Shown here: positions 1 through 13,934 of the stretch, one piece after another
How positions within the stretch are numbered: position 1 is the first letter of the stretch
Layout of the letters: every line of letters begins with the position of its first letter
NCBI GenBank assembly: GCA_951406725.2
Contig: OX597821.1
Location: 40,486,001-40,550,000, forward strand
Length of the DNA stretch: 64,000 bases
Direction: 5' to 3'
Source of the DNA: Octopus vulgaris
Taxonomy: Eukaryota
Made by a program: the position numbers and the translations under genes
Notes under the pieces: generated by a model
What the model saw: only the letters and a program-made list of their open reading frames with translations
What the model was told of the DNA's origin: nothing
The model's database searches: none

Positions 1-732
1 ATGTAGATTATGTAACAGCAGTCATCTAATGGAATGAACATCTGTTCTCTCACTTCGCTTTTCTTATTTAGCCCATTTTTATATATAGCCTCCACCATTG
101 CTATTTCTGGACTTTTCAGGGCAACAATGAGGTTACATCCTAGCCTTAACCACACTGTTTCTTGATAGCCAGAAACCAAGTTGAAAGTTTACTGTGAATT
201 CTATTTGATTCTTTGAATCCTATAGTTTTATATTTATATATATATATACAGAGAGACAGACAGACAGACATATAGACAGACAGAGACAGAGAGAGAGTCA
301 GCAGGTGAGATCTAAAGATTCTCAATGTAGAATTGACTTTTTGCATGCTCCATCTGTCAACATTACAATTATTTTTTAATTCCAACCCTCCAGAAACAGC
401 TGTTGAACCTGAAATACTATGTCCTCTCCCCTTAGTTTTCTGCATTTTTGTATTCCGTGTAAATCTGTTCTGTAAATATTTATTTGCTTATATATGAATA
501 TTCCTCTTCTGAATATTTTTGGCGTTTCTTTCTCTCTATATATACTCCTATATATATTTACATGCATATATGTATTGATATTTTATATATCAAGTCCAAG
601 CATGCTTATTTGTTTATTTGCATCATTATCTCTCTTCTCTTACTTGCTCTCACTCTCTCTCTCCCTTTCTCTGTCACTGTTTCTCTCTCTCTCTCCCCCT
701 CTCTCTCTATCTAACCCTCTTTCTCGCTCTGC

Positions 733-789
<57 letters not shown>

Positions 790-2503
790 GAAAAATTCTC
801 ATTAATCTAAACAAGTGGAAGAATAGAAGAAATGAAGATGAAAATGCTCAGAGAATATATTAGAATTAATTAGAATTTAATTATATTTAAATTATAAGAA
901 TACACTTGCTCGGCTTCACATTAGATTTGCAATACGGAGCTGTGTCACAAATTATGTCTATTCTGGCTGATGGTGTGTTGTTTAACTATAGTTATTGCTG
1001 TTGGGTAGCACAGGTCACTCTTAATAAACCGTTTCTATAATCTAACACATTTTGGTCAACACTATTGTGTCTTTTATTAATAGTATATCAGGATGGACAT
1101 TGTCTACTGTATTCTCTAACATTTAGCATGCTGGTTGTGATCTGAAGCCAATTTACTTAGCATACCAAAGAACCATGTAGTAGCACCTGCATTGTTATGT
1201 TTGCTTACAAAGAGCTGAAAGTTGAGAATCTAGAGAAGCTAAAATTTCTCTGGAATTTCCACCATTTCCTTAATCTACCATTTCTTTGCTTCTCAGTTGC
1301 TTTATTCCCATGTCTATAATGGTTAGAGTGTGTAGACCTAATGATCAAAGCCATTCAAGTTGTGACCATCCTGTCCTTTTGTAAAGACATCACGTATGTA
1401 GGACTACCATATTCAATTTGTTGTCCTCACTTTTCTATGATGGAAGGGTATGATATTAAATTGGATTTGGCTGCTATTTCTAGCACAGCAAACGACTATA
1501 TGCCAGTCTCTTCTTCTTGCCCTATGTCTTGGTTAGTTTCCTTGGTGACCTTATGACGGGATCTACTGACACTGTTTACAATTAATGACATTTTAATGTA
1601 AACACTTGTCATTCCTTGTTTCATTTAATTTGCTTATCTCCTGCTTTTGTTTTCTCAGACCAACTTGATTCAGACTTGTGCCCCCTGAACTCAATGTAAA
1701 GCAAATATTTCCATGAATTTTTCGTTTTCACAGTTAGAGAAAAATTCCCTTTCTTTGGTAATTCACGTTTCATTTATGTTGACATTAATCCCTGCAGAAT
1801 AAGTGGCAGCCGGTTGTATTATCTTGCACCATATGGCCATTAATTATAGAAGATTAGTTAAAGTGGGGGGAGGGGTTATAATTCAATACAGTATAAATAC
1901 AAACTTTATATTATGCAATTAATAAAGATTTCTTCGACTAATGCAAATATGAAGAATTTGTATAATCAACTGAATTAACGCCATAACATGTTTGGTGCTT
2001 ATTTTATTGACCACAGATATCTTATTCACCCCAGAGTAATGAAAACCAAAGTTGATCTTCAGCAAGGATCTAATCTCAGAAGGTAGAGGAATTGCAACTA
2101 AATACTGAAAAGTTCTAGTTTGGCATGCTTGCACTTCTGTTGTTCCATTAACGTTTAATTAATTGCAATGCTAGGAATACAATAAGGTTTAAGAGTATAG
2201 TCAAGTCACATTGACCTATGTATATAACTGGTATTTTATTTTATTAAATGGAGAAGGAAGAAAAGCAAAAATCAAACTGACAGAATCATAATTCCATAAT
2301 AGAAATGAATGTATAGAAATAATTTTAGTCAACCAGTTAACCATTGCAATTGAGCCTCCTACAGCGTCTAATTTATGATCATCATCATCGTCGTCATTTA
2401 GTCCTTGTCAGCATGGGCTGCGTGGTGTTTCAGCATCTTGCCATCCAAATTGCATCTTCATCATCTGACACACAAAACAACAAAAAAAATTATTCTTTTA
2501 TTG

Positions 2504-2743
2504 TATAGGATAACCTAAAAGTAGGTTTACAGTTATCACGTAGACACTTAAATTTATTTTACAACATATTATTAAATTTAAATTTCTATCTTACAAACTG
2601 AAATGGGAGCTTGACAAAATTAACTAAATTAGCATAGAATAATGGTTTCATATTTTTTTTATAATTAAGATCTAAACTGTTAATATATGAATGTGAAAGA
2701 GATATTTGAATAACCGTAAACCTAGTTTTTGGGCCACCCTGTA
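2504..2743. mobile_element. Tc1/mariner-type MITE (degenerate ~30 bp TIRs, TA ends)
   Basis: Left end TATAGGATAACCTAAAAGTAGGTTTACAGTT resembles the reverse complement of the right end, TACAGGGTGGCCCAAAAACTAGGTTTACGGTT. TA-CAGGGTG termini are typical of Tc1/mariner MITEs. Confidence 0.6.
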
Positions 2744-3759
2744 TATGTTGTTTCTTATGATCTGACCTCCATGACTGGATGTTTTTCCTGTCACTAGTCT
2801 ACTTCATAAACTAGATACATTTTATTATGCTGCTGTCACTAAAGTAGTTGTACCAAACAAAACTAAAAACTTCCTTATTCTCTATTATTCATAATTTTGG
2901 CAAATTAATATTATTTATTCATTATTATTATCTTTGTTTTTATTTTCAACATTTTTTGTGCTTTTCTGTTTATTTTTTAAAAAATTTCATTCAATTTAGT
3001 AATGTATTTTTAATTTCACTGTTTAGTCAGGGATGGAGGGGCAGTGCTCACGAACTTTTAAACATGTATTTATTTTTTCAGAGCCTTAGAAACTGATGGG
3101 ATAAAGGAAGTTATCTTCAAATTCAAGACCTTCCCAAATACTTTGAATAAAGGGAACTCTACTAAAGGCACCCAACATTTAGGTGGTTGTGGTGTTAAAA
3201 TGGACGAAGAATTAAGTTTAATCCATAAGAAATCTAATTACAAAAACCAGAACAAATACTACAGAACATTTCGACCAATGTTCCAACAATTCTCTCAATC
3301 CCCTTCACTGGAATGGTACTTTATTTTATCCGCTCCCTGAAAACTGGTAAGTGTTACTGAAAAGCTGTAAGACAATGTCTCAAAAATGTATTCATCTAAC
3401 TCATGCTAGCATGGAAAAACAGATGTAAAAATGAATGACCAAATGAAAAAGAGTGGAAAGCAAAACTGATATCAATAGGATTCCAATTCATAATATAGTG
3501 AACCAAGTCAAATTCTTCAATTTTATCTTATGCTATAAATACTCTGTTAATTAACAATCTTATTTGTTAATTAGATGTCAAACATTCTGGATAAGGTGCT
3601 TGGCTACCAGTCTCTGGGTTGTTATAGAATGTGTTTTGATAAAACAGAATGGTGTTTCATAAACAATACAAATTATATTAAATTTATACATATGGATTGA
3701 AGAATTTCAAAATTTAATTATTATACAATGTATTCAATCCTTAGCAGTATGTTGATAAC

Positions 3760-3800
3760 TTTTGACATATTTCAGTATTATTTGACCTCATCAGATAAAC
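3760..3800 (-). ncRNA. Minimal type I hammerhead ribozyme-like motif (degenerate)
   Basis: Minus strand reads TTTAT-CTGATGA-GGT(CAAATAAT)ACT-GAAA-TATG-TC-AAAA: intact core boxes, 3-bp stem II and a near-palindromic stem III. Confidence 0.5.
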
Positions 3801-4392
3801 ACAATTGAACCAGCATTTGCCAAGACCAAGGATGTCTGCGATAATAAAAATTTTTGAGTAAAAGCATTCACTGATATTATAACTTGAAATGATGATTATT
3901 CCCATCAATTTCAATGAAAAAGTTCAAAGGAAAGAATAAAAATATAAAAAAGAGAAGCTGCATTTATTTGTAATGGATGCATAAATATAATTTGAGTTCT
4001 GGAATGGATTTTGCTATGAAGTTACTTTGTGGACTTGCCTGGGACTGGACAAATGTATCTGCTGATTACAGGATAGAATTCTTTTATTGTTCTGTTTCTT
4101 CAGCTCAAATTGTTTAGATGCATCATGATACATTTTATGGCTCTCAGATTGATCCAGGCAATAACTTTCCTGGAATGTTACATTAAGCTGTATAGATTTT
4201 AGTGATTGTTTCAACTTAGCAAGGGTCTTCCTTCACTGTGGAATCCCACTACTTGTTGGCCATACAAAACATTCACCAATACAGTAACTTAAAATAAAAA
4301 TTGGGTAAATAAATTTTCAGGGATGCCTTTAATTAAGTGCAAAGTGTAAGAATTTCAAGAGCCAAAAGAATGCTAAATTAACAATTCTTGTT

Positions 4393-4830
4393 AGGGTGGC
4401 AGATTTGGGAATTGGACAGAAGCATCAGGCAAAATGCCTTGCAGTATATTGTTCTGGTTCTTTGTCTTTTGAGCTCAAATTCTTCAAGGTTTACTTTGGA
4501 TTTCATCACTCCAGGGTAGATAAAACAAAATAATCAATCAAATACCAGGTTTGATGCTATCATCTAACCATAACCCTACCTCAAATTTTAAGGCATGTGC
4601 CAATGTATGAAATAATCATTATTAGAGAGCATTGTTATTATTATTAGCACAGTTATTAGTGATACACAAAATTCTTTTGCAATATTTCATCTGCAACTTT
4701 ATATTTTGAGATTAAATCCCTCTGAAGTCAACTTTAGCTTTCTACCTTCCCAGGTTGATTAAATAAAGCAACAGCCAAGCATTGGGTTTGAGGCTATCAA
4801 ATAATCCTCTTCCTCAAATTTCTGGTCCTG
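4393..4830 (+). mobile_element. Two decayed copies of tRNA-headed SINE family B
   Basis: Degenerate matches to the family B body (GAGTTCAAATTC..GTCGACTTTGCCTTTCATCC..GGTCGATAAA) seen intact at 59641-59877. Confidence 0.5.
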
Positions 4831-4860
4831 TGTTAGATAACATTAAAACCCGAATAATTA

Positions 4861-5607
4861 AATACTGAATGGTAGTGGGTGAATACAGTGGGGAACAATT
4901 CCAAACATGCTTCGGTCATATTAGACCTCCTCAACAATATATAACTTAACCAGTACATAAGACTACTGAGAATCTCAAAATATAAGAGTACTGAGAATCT
5001 CCTGGAGTTTGTTATTTCTTGGTTTTAGTGTTTTATTTTGATTCAAATCAACAGAATAAATACTGAATGGTGGTGGGTGAATACAGTGGGGAACAATTTC
5101 AAACATGCTTCAGGCTTATTAGACCTCCTCAACAATAGATAACTTAACCAATACATACCAAAACATAGGACTACTGAGAATCTCCTGGAGTTTGTTATTT
5201 CTTGGTTTTAGTGTTTTATTTTGATTCAAATCAACAGAATAAATACTGAATGGTGGTGGGTGAATACAGTGGGGAACAATTTCAAACATGCTTCGGTCTT
5301 ATTAGACCTCTTCAACAATAGATAACTTGACCAATACATACCAAAGCATAAGACTACTGAGAATCTCCTGGAGTTTGTTATTTCTTGGTTTTAGTGTTTT
5401 ATTTTGATTCAAATCAACAGAATAAATACTGAATGGTGGTGGGTGAATACAGTGGGGAACAATTTCAAACATACTTCGGTCTTATTAGACCTCTTCAACA
5501 ATAGATAACTTAACCAATACATACCAAAGCATAAGACTACTGAGAATCTCCTGGAGTTTGTTATTTCTTGGTTTTAGTGTTTTATTTTGATTGAAATCAA
5601 CAGAATA
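4861..5607 (-). repeat. Tandem array of 4 units (198, 183, 183, 183 bp), each with a degenerate hammerhead-like motif
   Basis: AATACTGAATGG recurs at 4861, 5059, 5242 and 5425. Unit 3 minus strand reads TTGAAGA-GGTC-TAATAA-GACC-GAAG-CATG-TT. Confidence 0.9.
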
Positions 5608-6637
5608 AATCAAACCCAGCTCAGTGAGCTAACAAAATGCTTATTGATTTAAAATACCACTGTTTACTGCATCAGAAGTTTTGTGTCATGGTTTCCGATA
5701 CCGAGCGTGGTCAATATCGATGAAACCTAGCTCGTCACTTAGTTGTCCAATAACTAACTTGGCTGTCTATAGTTCTCTATACTCTACTTAACTCTGCACA
5801 AACCAGAGTTTATCACCAACTTTTTGATTCATGAAAGCATTGACATTATATAATAATGTATATGAGCATTAAAATATTGTACTGTAAAATTACCATTTTA
5901 TCAGGAAGTTGAGACAAAATGAAAAGCAGTAAAATGCAATTGCTCACATACATAAACATCTATTCTGACACACACCCCTGCAGGCTGTTCAGATGCTATA
6001 TAGAACAATAGCATATACACAGGTATACACACAGCGTTTGCACATAGATTCATACATGCACGCTCAACTACTTTTGTTAGGGCTGTAAGCAGAGAGGAAA
6101 TGAATTAGACTATAAAATAAGCATAAAAGAATATAAAGGTAGAACATATTTTAACCATTAAACCATAAACACATATTTTTTGCTTGCTTGCTGTTTAAAT
6201 GTCATTTTTTTTCATACTTTCTTCTATGGGATATTTTTCTTTCTTTTTTTTATTAGTGCAATTGTTTTTATATCAGAAAGCACTTTTTACAGCCTAATTA
6301 CTCAACCGTGAAGGAAAGGGTGGAACCTGTTTAATTTTTCAACTGAATGCCCTTCCTACAATCACTAACCACTTGAATAAGAAGTTAGGGTGAAACCTGT
6401 TTTGTTAGTCAAGAATACTGTCTTGAACATAGTCGCAATTAAAGAGCTGTTGTTGGAGTAAAGTTTGAGTCATATACACATATACAAACATACATGCATA
6501 TGTACACACATGTATATATGCATATCTGGCTAACTATATAGCTATTTATCTACCTCACTCACTCTCTCACTCTCTCTCTCTCTCTCTCACACGCACACAC
6601 ATACACTATATATGTATGTATGTGTATTTATATATAT

Positions 6638-6711
<74 letters not shown>

Positions 6712-7888
6712 TGAAAGATAAGTACATGTATGCATGTGTGTGTGTGTGTGTGTGTGTGTTTCATGTTCTTCCTAAAATCCTCTTCATTTTCAAAATATAC
6801 CAGATGAGCGTGATGATACATTTTGGAAAATACATTAAACATTCACTCTGGAATGTAACTTTCTCAAGTAATTTCTTTTTTCACCATTTTCATAATCTCT
6901 CTGCACATCAGCTCCAATTCTAATTCTGCACTCTGAGGAAATTCCTCTCTTTTTGAAACCATTGAACTGCCCAACTCACAATAAATTCTTTCTCACAAAA
7001 ACATTCGCTTGCAGTTCATGCTTTAAGCTGTTTCTTGCACTAAACCAAGGTTAATAGGTGTATTACACTGGTTTTGATCCGCTAATCAAATTAATAATAG
7101 TCGTTCTATGACAATAATTAAACCACTGTGTTGCTTAGTGACAATTGTCACTTTCATTGGAATGGAGTCTCTTCTCATCCAAGCTACAAATCATGTCCAT
7201 TAATCTTATTTGTTCTCTTAGATTGTCCTGATTGCTGACTGATTAACGCCTAATGCTTTTCCAATGTTTGGTGAATTATCTTTATTATTTTCATTTCAAT
7301 TTCAATTGTGGCCATTTACTTTTTCTTTGAAGCATCGCTATTGGGACATGGTTACAAGGGTAAACACAAAAATACACCACACACACACACAAAAATGCAT
7401 GCACACGCACAAAATAATGACGATAATAATATTAAGCCAAATAGCATGAATACCAGGTCAGCATAATATTTTTGTGATCCAACTTAAAATGGCAACGTGT
7501 TGTCTTTGTTTGAGCCAATGAAAGATGAAATATATTATGTTCTGGTGTGCTTTGCAAAGTAGTGTGTTCATTATTACCAAACACTGCAAATTTTGAATAT
7601 ATTAGGTGTTTTGGAGGTTGTTAGTCTTTCAACACTGAAGACAGGGGTCTGGTTTACAGTAATGCTTGTATGCGTCCACAACTGCTTGCATATCTTTGAT
7701 TTTTTTATCCTCTTCCTTTAGTTTTTTGCACATTTTGTACTCCAAGTAAATTTGTTCAATAAATATATAGATATTTCTACGCTTATTCATGAATGTTCAT
7801 CTGACTATTTTCAGTTTTGCTTTCAGTCATATATATATATTTATACACACACATATATATACATATATATATATATATATTTATATAC

Positions 7889-7932
<44 letters not shown>

Positions 7933-8165
7933 CATAGTAGTTTTTCCTGAAATATAACAATATCTGTTCTAATACACAATTTCACATCAGGAATTTTGCA
8001 AACCAAATACATAAACATGTATATATATATGTGTGTGTGTGTGTGTGTACATATTTATATTTATACAAACGCACACACCTATATGTGTAGATATATATAT
8101 GTGTATATATATGTATATATACACACTTACACACATATATACATAAGCATATATATATATATATG

Positions 8166-8197
<32 letters not shown>

Positions 8198-8928
8198 TAT
8201 ATACACCCATACAAACACCTATGCAAATATATATGCATGTGTGTAAGTATCATATATATATGCATGTGTGTACTGTGTATACACACACACAACAACAACA
8301 ACAATATCAATAATTCATATGTTCCATATTTAATCATATATATAATTGAAAACAAATATTCTATTTATTTTTTCATGTGTGCAGTTACATGTATCTTATA
8401 CAAATGTTACTGCAACTTTTTTCTTTTAATAACCTATGATAACAATCTGCTAAAAAATTCATAGGTTTTGATGTATTTCAATGTATTATGGGGTGTTTCT
8501 TTTATATATAACAAACAATTAGAATTTTAATTCTATGATTTTTTTAATGATTTACTGCATCTCTATTCATGGCGGGTCGATACAGGAAAAAGTGAAGCTG
8601 AGCAGAGTAAAATAAATATTCTCTATATTAAATAAAGAACAAGATATTTTATGCTTACAAAATGGACGGAGGTAAATCTGGGATCCTCAATAAGGTCGCT
8701 CAAACTGCCAGAAAAGAAACAACCAAATCTTCCACAAATCACATCCTACCATGTTACGAAAAAGCTCGTTAGATAATATAGTCCTAGGTATACTGTGTAG
8801 GGAAAAAGATGATCAGACAGAGTGGTCCTGGCTAGAATGTATTTGATCATAGGCCTGTATGGTCAAGGCTTATCTTGAGCCACAAATACATAACAACAAC
8901 TGACTCTTTTAAATCTATATCTGACCCA

Positions 8929-9468
8929 TCAATGGAATTTGTATCTCTGTGGTACCAGTGCCGGTGGCACATAAGAAAACCATCCGAACGTGACTGTAGC
9001 TAGTACCGCATCAACTGGCCTCCGTGCTGTAGGCACGTAACAAACACCATCCGATCGTGGCCGTTCGCCAGCCTTGTCTGGCACCTGTGTCGGTGGCACA
9101 TAAAAAACACCATCCGAGCGTGGCCGTCTGCCAGCCTCGTCTGGCACCTGTGTCGGTGGCACATAAAAAACACCATCCATGCGTGGCCGTCTGCCAGCCT
9201 CATCTGGCACCTGTGTCGGTGGCACATAAAAAAAACCATCCGAGCGTGGCCGTTCGCCAGCCTCGTCTGGCACCTGTGTCGGTGGCACATAAAATCACCC
9301 ACTACACTCTCGGAGTGGTTGGCGTTAGGAAGGGCATCCAGCTTTAGAAACACTGCCAGATCTGACTGGTCTGGTGCAGCCTTCGGGCTTCCCAGACCCC
9401 AGTTGAACTGTCCAACCCATGCTAGCATGGAAAGCGGACGTTAAACGATGATGATGATGATGATGATG
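8929..9468 (+). mobile_element. Non-autonomous (GAT)n-tailed retroposon (family C) with internal 63-bp tandem repeat
   Basis: GGTGGCAC recurs at 9092, 9155, 9218 and 9281 (63-bp period). The 3' part GGTTGGCGTTAGGAAGGGCATCCAGC...CCCATGCTAGCATGGAA..ACGTTAAACGATGATGAT is shared with many copies in the window. Confidence 0.85.
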
Positions 9469-9752
9469 ACCATACATAGCTATGATCAAAGAGTGCTAGA
9501 GAGGACCACCCTGTCTGATCACTTAGAACGTCTTTGACCATAGGTCTGTATGTTCAGGGTGTATCTTGAGACACAGATATATAATTACAACAATTGACTC
9601 TTTTGAAACTATATTTACATGAATGGAACTAAATAGATATTGACATTTAAAAGACTGCAAAGGAAGCAGAATGATGTCCAAGCATGACAAAAGCCAGCCA
9701 AGGAGGATATTTGGCCAACACAGAAATTGCAGCCCTACTTTTTTATCTTTTA

Positions 9753-10050
9753 ACCATCCGAATGTGGCCGTTGCCAGCGCCGCCTCGACTGGCCTCCGTG
9801 CCGGCGGCACGTAAAAAGCACCAATCGATCGTGGTCATTGCCAGCCTTGCCTGGCACCTGTGCCAGTGGCATGTAAAAGCACCCACTACACTCACGGAGT
9901 GGTTGGTGTTAGGAAGAGCATCCAACTGTAGATACGCTGCCAGATCAGACTGGGGCCTGGTGCAGCCTCCTGGCTTCCCAGACCCCGGTCGAACCATCCA
10001 GCCCATGCTAGCATGGAAAATGGACGTTAAACGATGATGATGATGATGAT
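9753..10050 (+). mobile_element. Family C copy
   Basis: Same body and (GAT)n tail as 8929-9468, with fewer internal repeats. Confidence 0.85.
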
Positions 10051-10054
10051 AATG

Positions 10055-10433
10055 TTTTAATCTTAGACTGAAGCCATGTGGAGGACTGCTTTGAAGAAAT
10101 CTTTTTAGCCAAACAAATCAACCCCAGTACATTTTTTTTCAAGCTTGGTATACATCCTACCTGTCTCTTTTGCCAAACTACTAAGTTATGGGGATGTAAA
10201 CACACCTACACCAGTTGTCATGCAGTGGGAGGGGAAAAAAACAAAGATAATAAGACACACACACATACATATACACAGCAGGATTCTTTCAGTTTCCAGC
10301 TACCAAATCCTCTTACAAGGCTTTGGTCAGCCTGGGGCTATATTAGAAGACACTTATCGAAAGTGGCATGCAGTGGATCTGAACCTAGAACCATGTGGTT
10401 AGGAAACAAACTTCTTACCACACAGCCATGCCT
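10055..10433 (-). mobile_element. tRNA-headed SINE family A (diverged)
   Basis: Reverse-complement similarity to 30016-30408, including the internal CA/TA microsatellite. Confidence 0.75.
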
Positions 10434-10961
10434 GTTTATAAAGAATATGTAAATTCTAAAATGGATGCTGACAGTCCTGTTTAGGCCTTCTCTCCTCTCT
10501 ACAAAAACAAGTTACAAAATACACGTAGCATTGAACATCACCATCATCATCTTCATCGTTGTTTGTTGTGAACCCCATCAATACATGCAAGGAATTGAAT
10601 TAGTAAACATGGTGGTCACTTACATACATGAGAGGCTCAGCTTGTTAATAGAACTGCTTTCAGCCCTCACCATCTCTGTCACTACATGCACAGTTCCTGC
10701 ACCACCAACCAAAATAAAAAGTCTACTACAATACCATCCAAAAAACCAGCCTCTCAGAATTTCAGCAAAACAAACATATACAAACCAAAATACTAGCAGC
10801 ATCAGCAGACTCTCAGAGTTGCAGACATTATTTTGAGATGCACGAAAATATATGCAAAGGAAATAAGAATTAAAATAGCAAGTTCTAAAATCTTTATAAG
10901 AGATGTAAATAGTAACTCTACTGAAAATTAATGGCTGTTACCTATTTCTTTACTACCCTAT

Positions 10962-11325
10962 CTATCTGCTCAGTCGAAGTCGACTCTCAGTTACTTGATG
11001 GATCAGTGTCCTCCAGTCAGTTCTATCCTGGGCCGTTTCTTTCAGATTGGCTATGTCCATTCCGGTATCACTCTTGATGGTGTCAAGCCAGCGGGTTCTT
11101 GGTCGGCCTCTTCCTCTCTTGCCACTGACCATTCCAAGCATGATGTCCTTCTCCAGGGATTTTCTCTGCATAATATGACCAAAATATGCCAATCTATGCT
11201 TGGTGATCCTAGCTTCTAGCGACATTTTCGGCCTGATCTGCTTAAAAACTTCCCCATTGGTGAGCCTTGCTGTCCATGGAATCCGTAAAAGTCTTCTCCA
11301 ACACCAAAGCTTGAATGTATTTATT
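10962..11325 (-). mobile_element. 5'-truncated RTE (BovB-like) LINE, RT C-terminal region
   Basis: Open frame INTFKLWCWRRLLRIPWTARLTNGEVFKQIRPKMSLEARITKHRLAYFGHIMQRKSLEKDIMLGMVSGKRGRGRPRTRWLDTIK...AQDRTDWR carries hallmark RTE-clade C-terminal motifs. Confidence 0.92.
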
Positions 11326-12171
11326 AATCTCAGTTCAGATGAATGTCAACCCTAGAAGGATTTGAACTCAGGACTCTATGCTGTAGAAAACGAATTGTTC
11401 TTCTGTCTTACCACTTCAGCAAAACTTAGTTTAATAATGGAATGATGATTTTTAATGAGATCAAGATCAGTTTTTTGAACGAAGAATCACATTGGTGTAA
11501 ATTGATTTTTCTTTTTGCCATTTTATTGATTCCAAAAGGATGAAAGTCAAAACCAATCAATGTAGGATTTCAACTTGTAGCATAGAACTAAATTTAAATA
11601 CTGTAACGTCTTTAATGCTGTCTTTAATCTGGTGACCATATCCAACCCTAGGTTCCAAAGGTTTCTTCACTACTCGACTACATTCTACAATGTAGATCCA
11701 CTGCAAAACACATTTCTTGGAAGATTTCGTTTTTATTTTTAAAAAATTTGCAAAGTATATTTGAGTGCCATGCAATTTCCAGGTCCAAAGTCTCTCAAAG
11801 AATTGCCATGAGTGATGTTGGTTTGTATCCAGCTGTTTCAAATTGCATTCAATATAAACTGAGAAAATTTTCTTGAATTCTTCCACTTGGTTTTCTCCTT
11901 GGAGTGCAACCCTGCCAGGGCCACCACTTTGAAGAGTTTAGTTGAAGAAAGTAACAGCTGTAAATATATTGAAGTCTGGTGATTATTCTATCAGTCTCTT
12001 TTGGAAAACCATTCAGTTATAGAGATATAAACTGACCGATATTGGTTATCAATCGTTTGAGCACAAACACAATATACACATACACACCCATATACATGCC
12101 TACATGCATAAATACATACATACATAGATACACACACACACATACATACATACATACATGCATATACGATA

Positions 12172-12415
12172 TTCTTTTATTCTTTTATTTGTTTCAGTCA
12201 TTTGACTTCGGCCATGCTAGAGCACCACCTTTAGACAGAGAAATTGACACCAGGACTTATTCTTTGTAAGCCTAATACTTATTCTATTGGTCTCTTTTGC
12301 CAAACCACTAAGTTACGGGACATATACACACCAACATCAGTTGTCAAGCGATGATGGGGGACAAATACACACACACACACATACACACATACACACACAC
12401 ACATACATACATGTA

Positions 12416-12479
<64 letters not shown>

Positions 12480-12484
12480 ATATA

Positions 12485-12549
<65 letters not shown>

Positions 12550-12790
12550 TTAGGAAATGTAACTCCAAACTTACAGGGGAAATCCAATTTAGTATTAAAT
12601 ATAAAATAATATATATATCGTATGTATATATATATATATATACGATGGGCTTTCAGTTTCCGTCCATCAAACTCACTCACAAGGCTTTTGTCAGCCAAAG
12701 ACACTTGCCCAATATGTCATGCAGTGGGACTGAACCTGGAACCATGTGGTTGGGAAGCAAGCTACTTACCACACAGCCATCCCTGCACCT
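12172..12790 (-). mobile_element. SINE family A with expanded internal (CA)/(TACA)/(AAT)n and an extra insert
   Basis: Both halves match family A. The middle (12365-12640) is microsatellite plus ~60 bp of unrelated sequence. Confidence 0.8.
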
Positions 12791-12835
12791 ATATATGATA
12801 TACATATATTTATCATGAGGTGATGATGATGATAT

Positions 12836-12911
<76 letters not shown>

Positions 12912-13379
12912 TACATACATACAGGCTTCTGCAGAGTTTCTCTCTACCAAATTTACTCACAAGACACTTTCCCCTGATGTCACACTGTGGGACTGAACCT
13001 GAAACCAGATGGTTGCAAATCAAGCTTTCTATTCACTCAGCCATGCCTGCAACACACCAACCATTAATTTTTAGTTTAATTTTATCTGTTATTAGAATCT
13101 TCAGAATGTTCCGATGTCATTACTTCTTATTAAAATATATTTCTTTGGAGTTAAGTATCGAGCTGTGTTGAGCTTACATATGCATGCCGTCAGCATTTTA
13201 ACCTTTGCTGTAGTTGGATTTCACTAAACTTATTGATTTCCGCAGTGCTGAAAGTTATTTTAATCAGTATATCAATGTCCCAAAAGCAAGAACACTGGAG
13301 TGATTGTAGTAAATTTAATTACGGACTGCCCTATTGGTCTTCTGCTGTGAATAGGTTCACTGACTGAGTCACCCATCAA

Positions 13380-13540
13380 TACCGTGTGTTCATTCTCCTT
13401 TAACTTGTATAATTTCTCATGTCAACTGCAGACACTTCTCTTGTAACAGTAGTTACAGCTTAACTTTGCATTCTCGCTCCTTGGCTTTACGATGGTTTCA
13501 GAAACTGCAATTCTTCACAAAATATTTTCCAGTATAGCTG
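13380..13540 (-). pseudogene. Possible FLYWCH/WRKY-like zinc-finger relic of a Mutator-like transposase
   Basis: Stop-interrupted frame NHRKAKERECKVKL*...EIIQVKGE*TH loosely resembles the C..K...G.HTH pattern. Weak. Confidence 0.2.
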
Positions 13541-13901
13541 CAACTGTATTTCATATGTTTCACTAATAGAAACTGGATTGTAGTTTAGTAGCATATTTGA
13601 CAACCGGTAGAATTGTTGGCACATTGTCTGTTATCTTTGGCATTGCATAACATTTGTAGCTTACTTAGATACTTAAATTACATTGGAATTGCCCACCTGC
13701 CAGTAAAAAAGTACCACAGGATGATCTGATTCACTGCTATAAACAGTAATTTACCAACTATTAGTTGCAGCACTGTGTTGAAGACTTCCTGCAGGAAATT
13801 ACATGCAATATTTTTGTATTATTGACTCTCATTCACTTTCAACTGAGTAAGCCAAGAGATAGAAGTAGTGATCTCAATGACCAGTAGAAGTCCACACACG
13901 C

Positions 13902-13934
<33 letters not shown>

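Noticed and set aside
3082-3340. Plus-strand exon after TATTTTTTCAG (ALETDGIKEVIFKF...)
   Set aside because: The frame hits a stop before the nearby GTAAGT donor, the end overlaps SINE-derived sequence, and no motif is recognisable.
4861-5607. CRISPR array or coding repeat (183 = 61 codons)
   Set aside because: Whole units are repeated with no spacers, and the ORF track shows no ORF across the array.
6932-6965. Other CTGANGA words (6932, 31358, 32969, 40498, 49890 minus)
   Set aside because: None has both a credible stem II next to the core and an intact GAAA/UH arrangement, so chance matches are expected.
8929-9428. ORFs with 21-aa repeats, or a CRISPR-like array
   Set aside because: They result from the 63-bp tandem unit. 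There are no unique spacers, no cas genes, and the context is eukaryotic.
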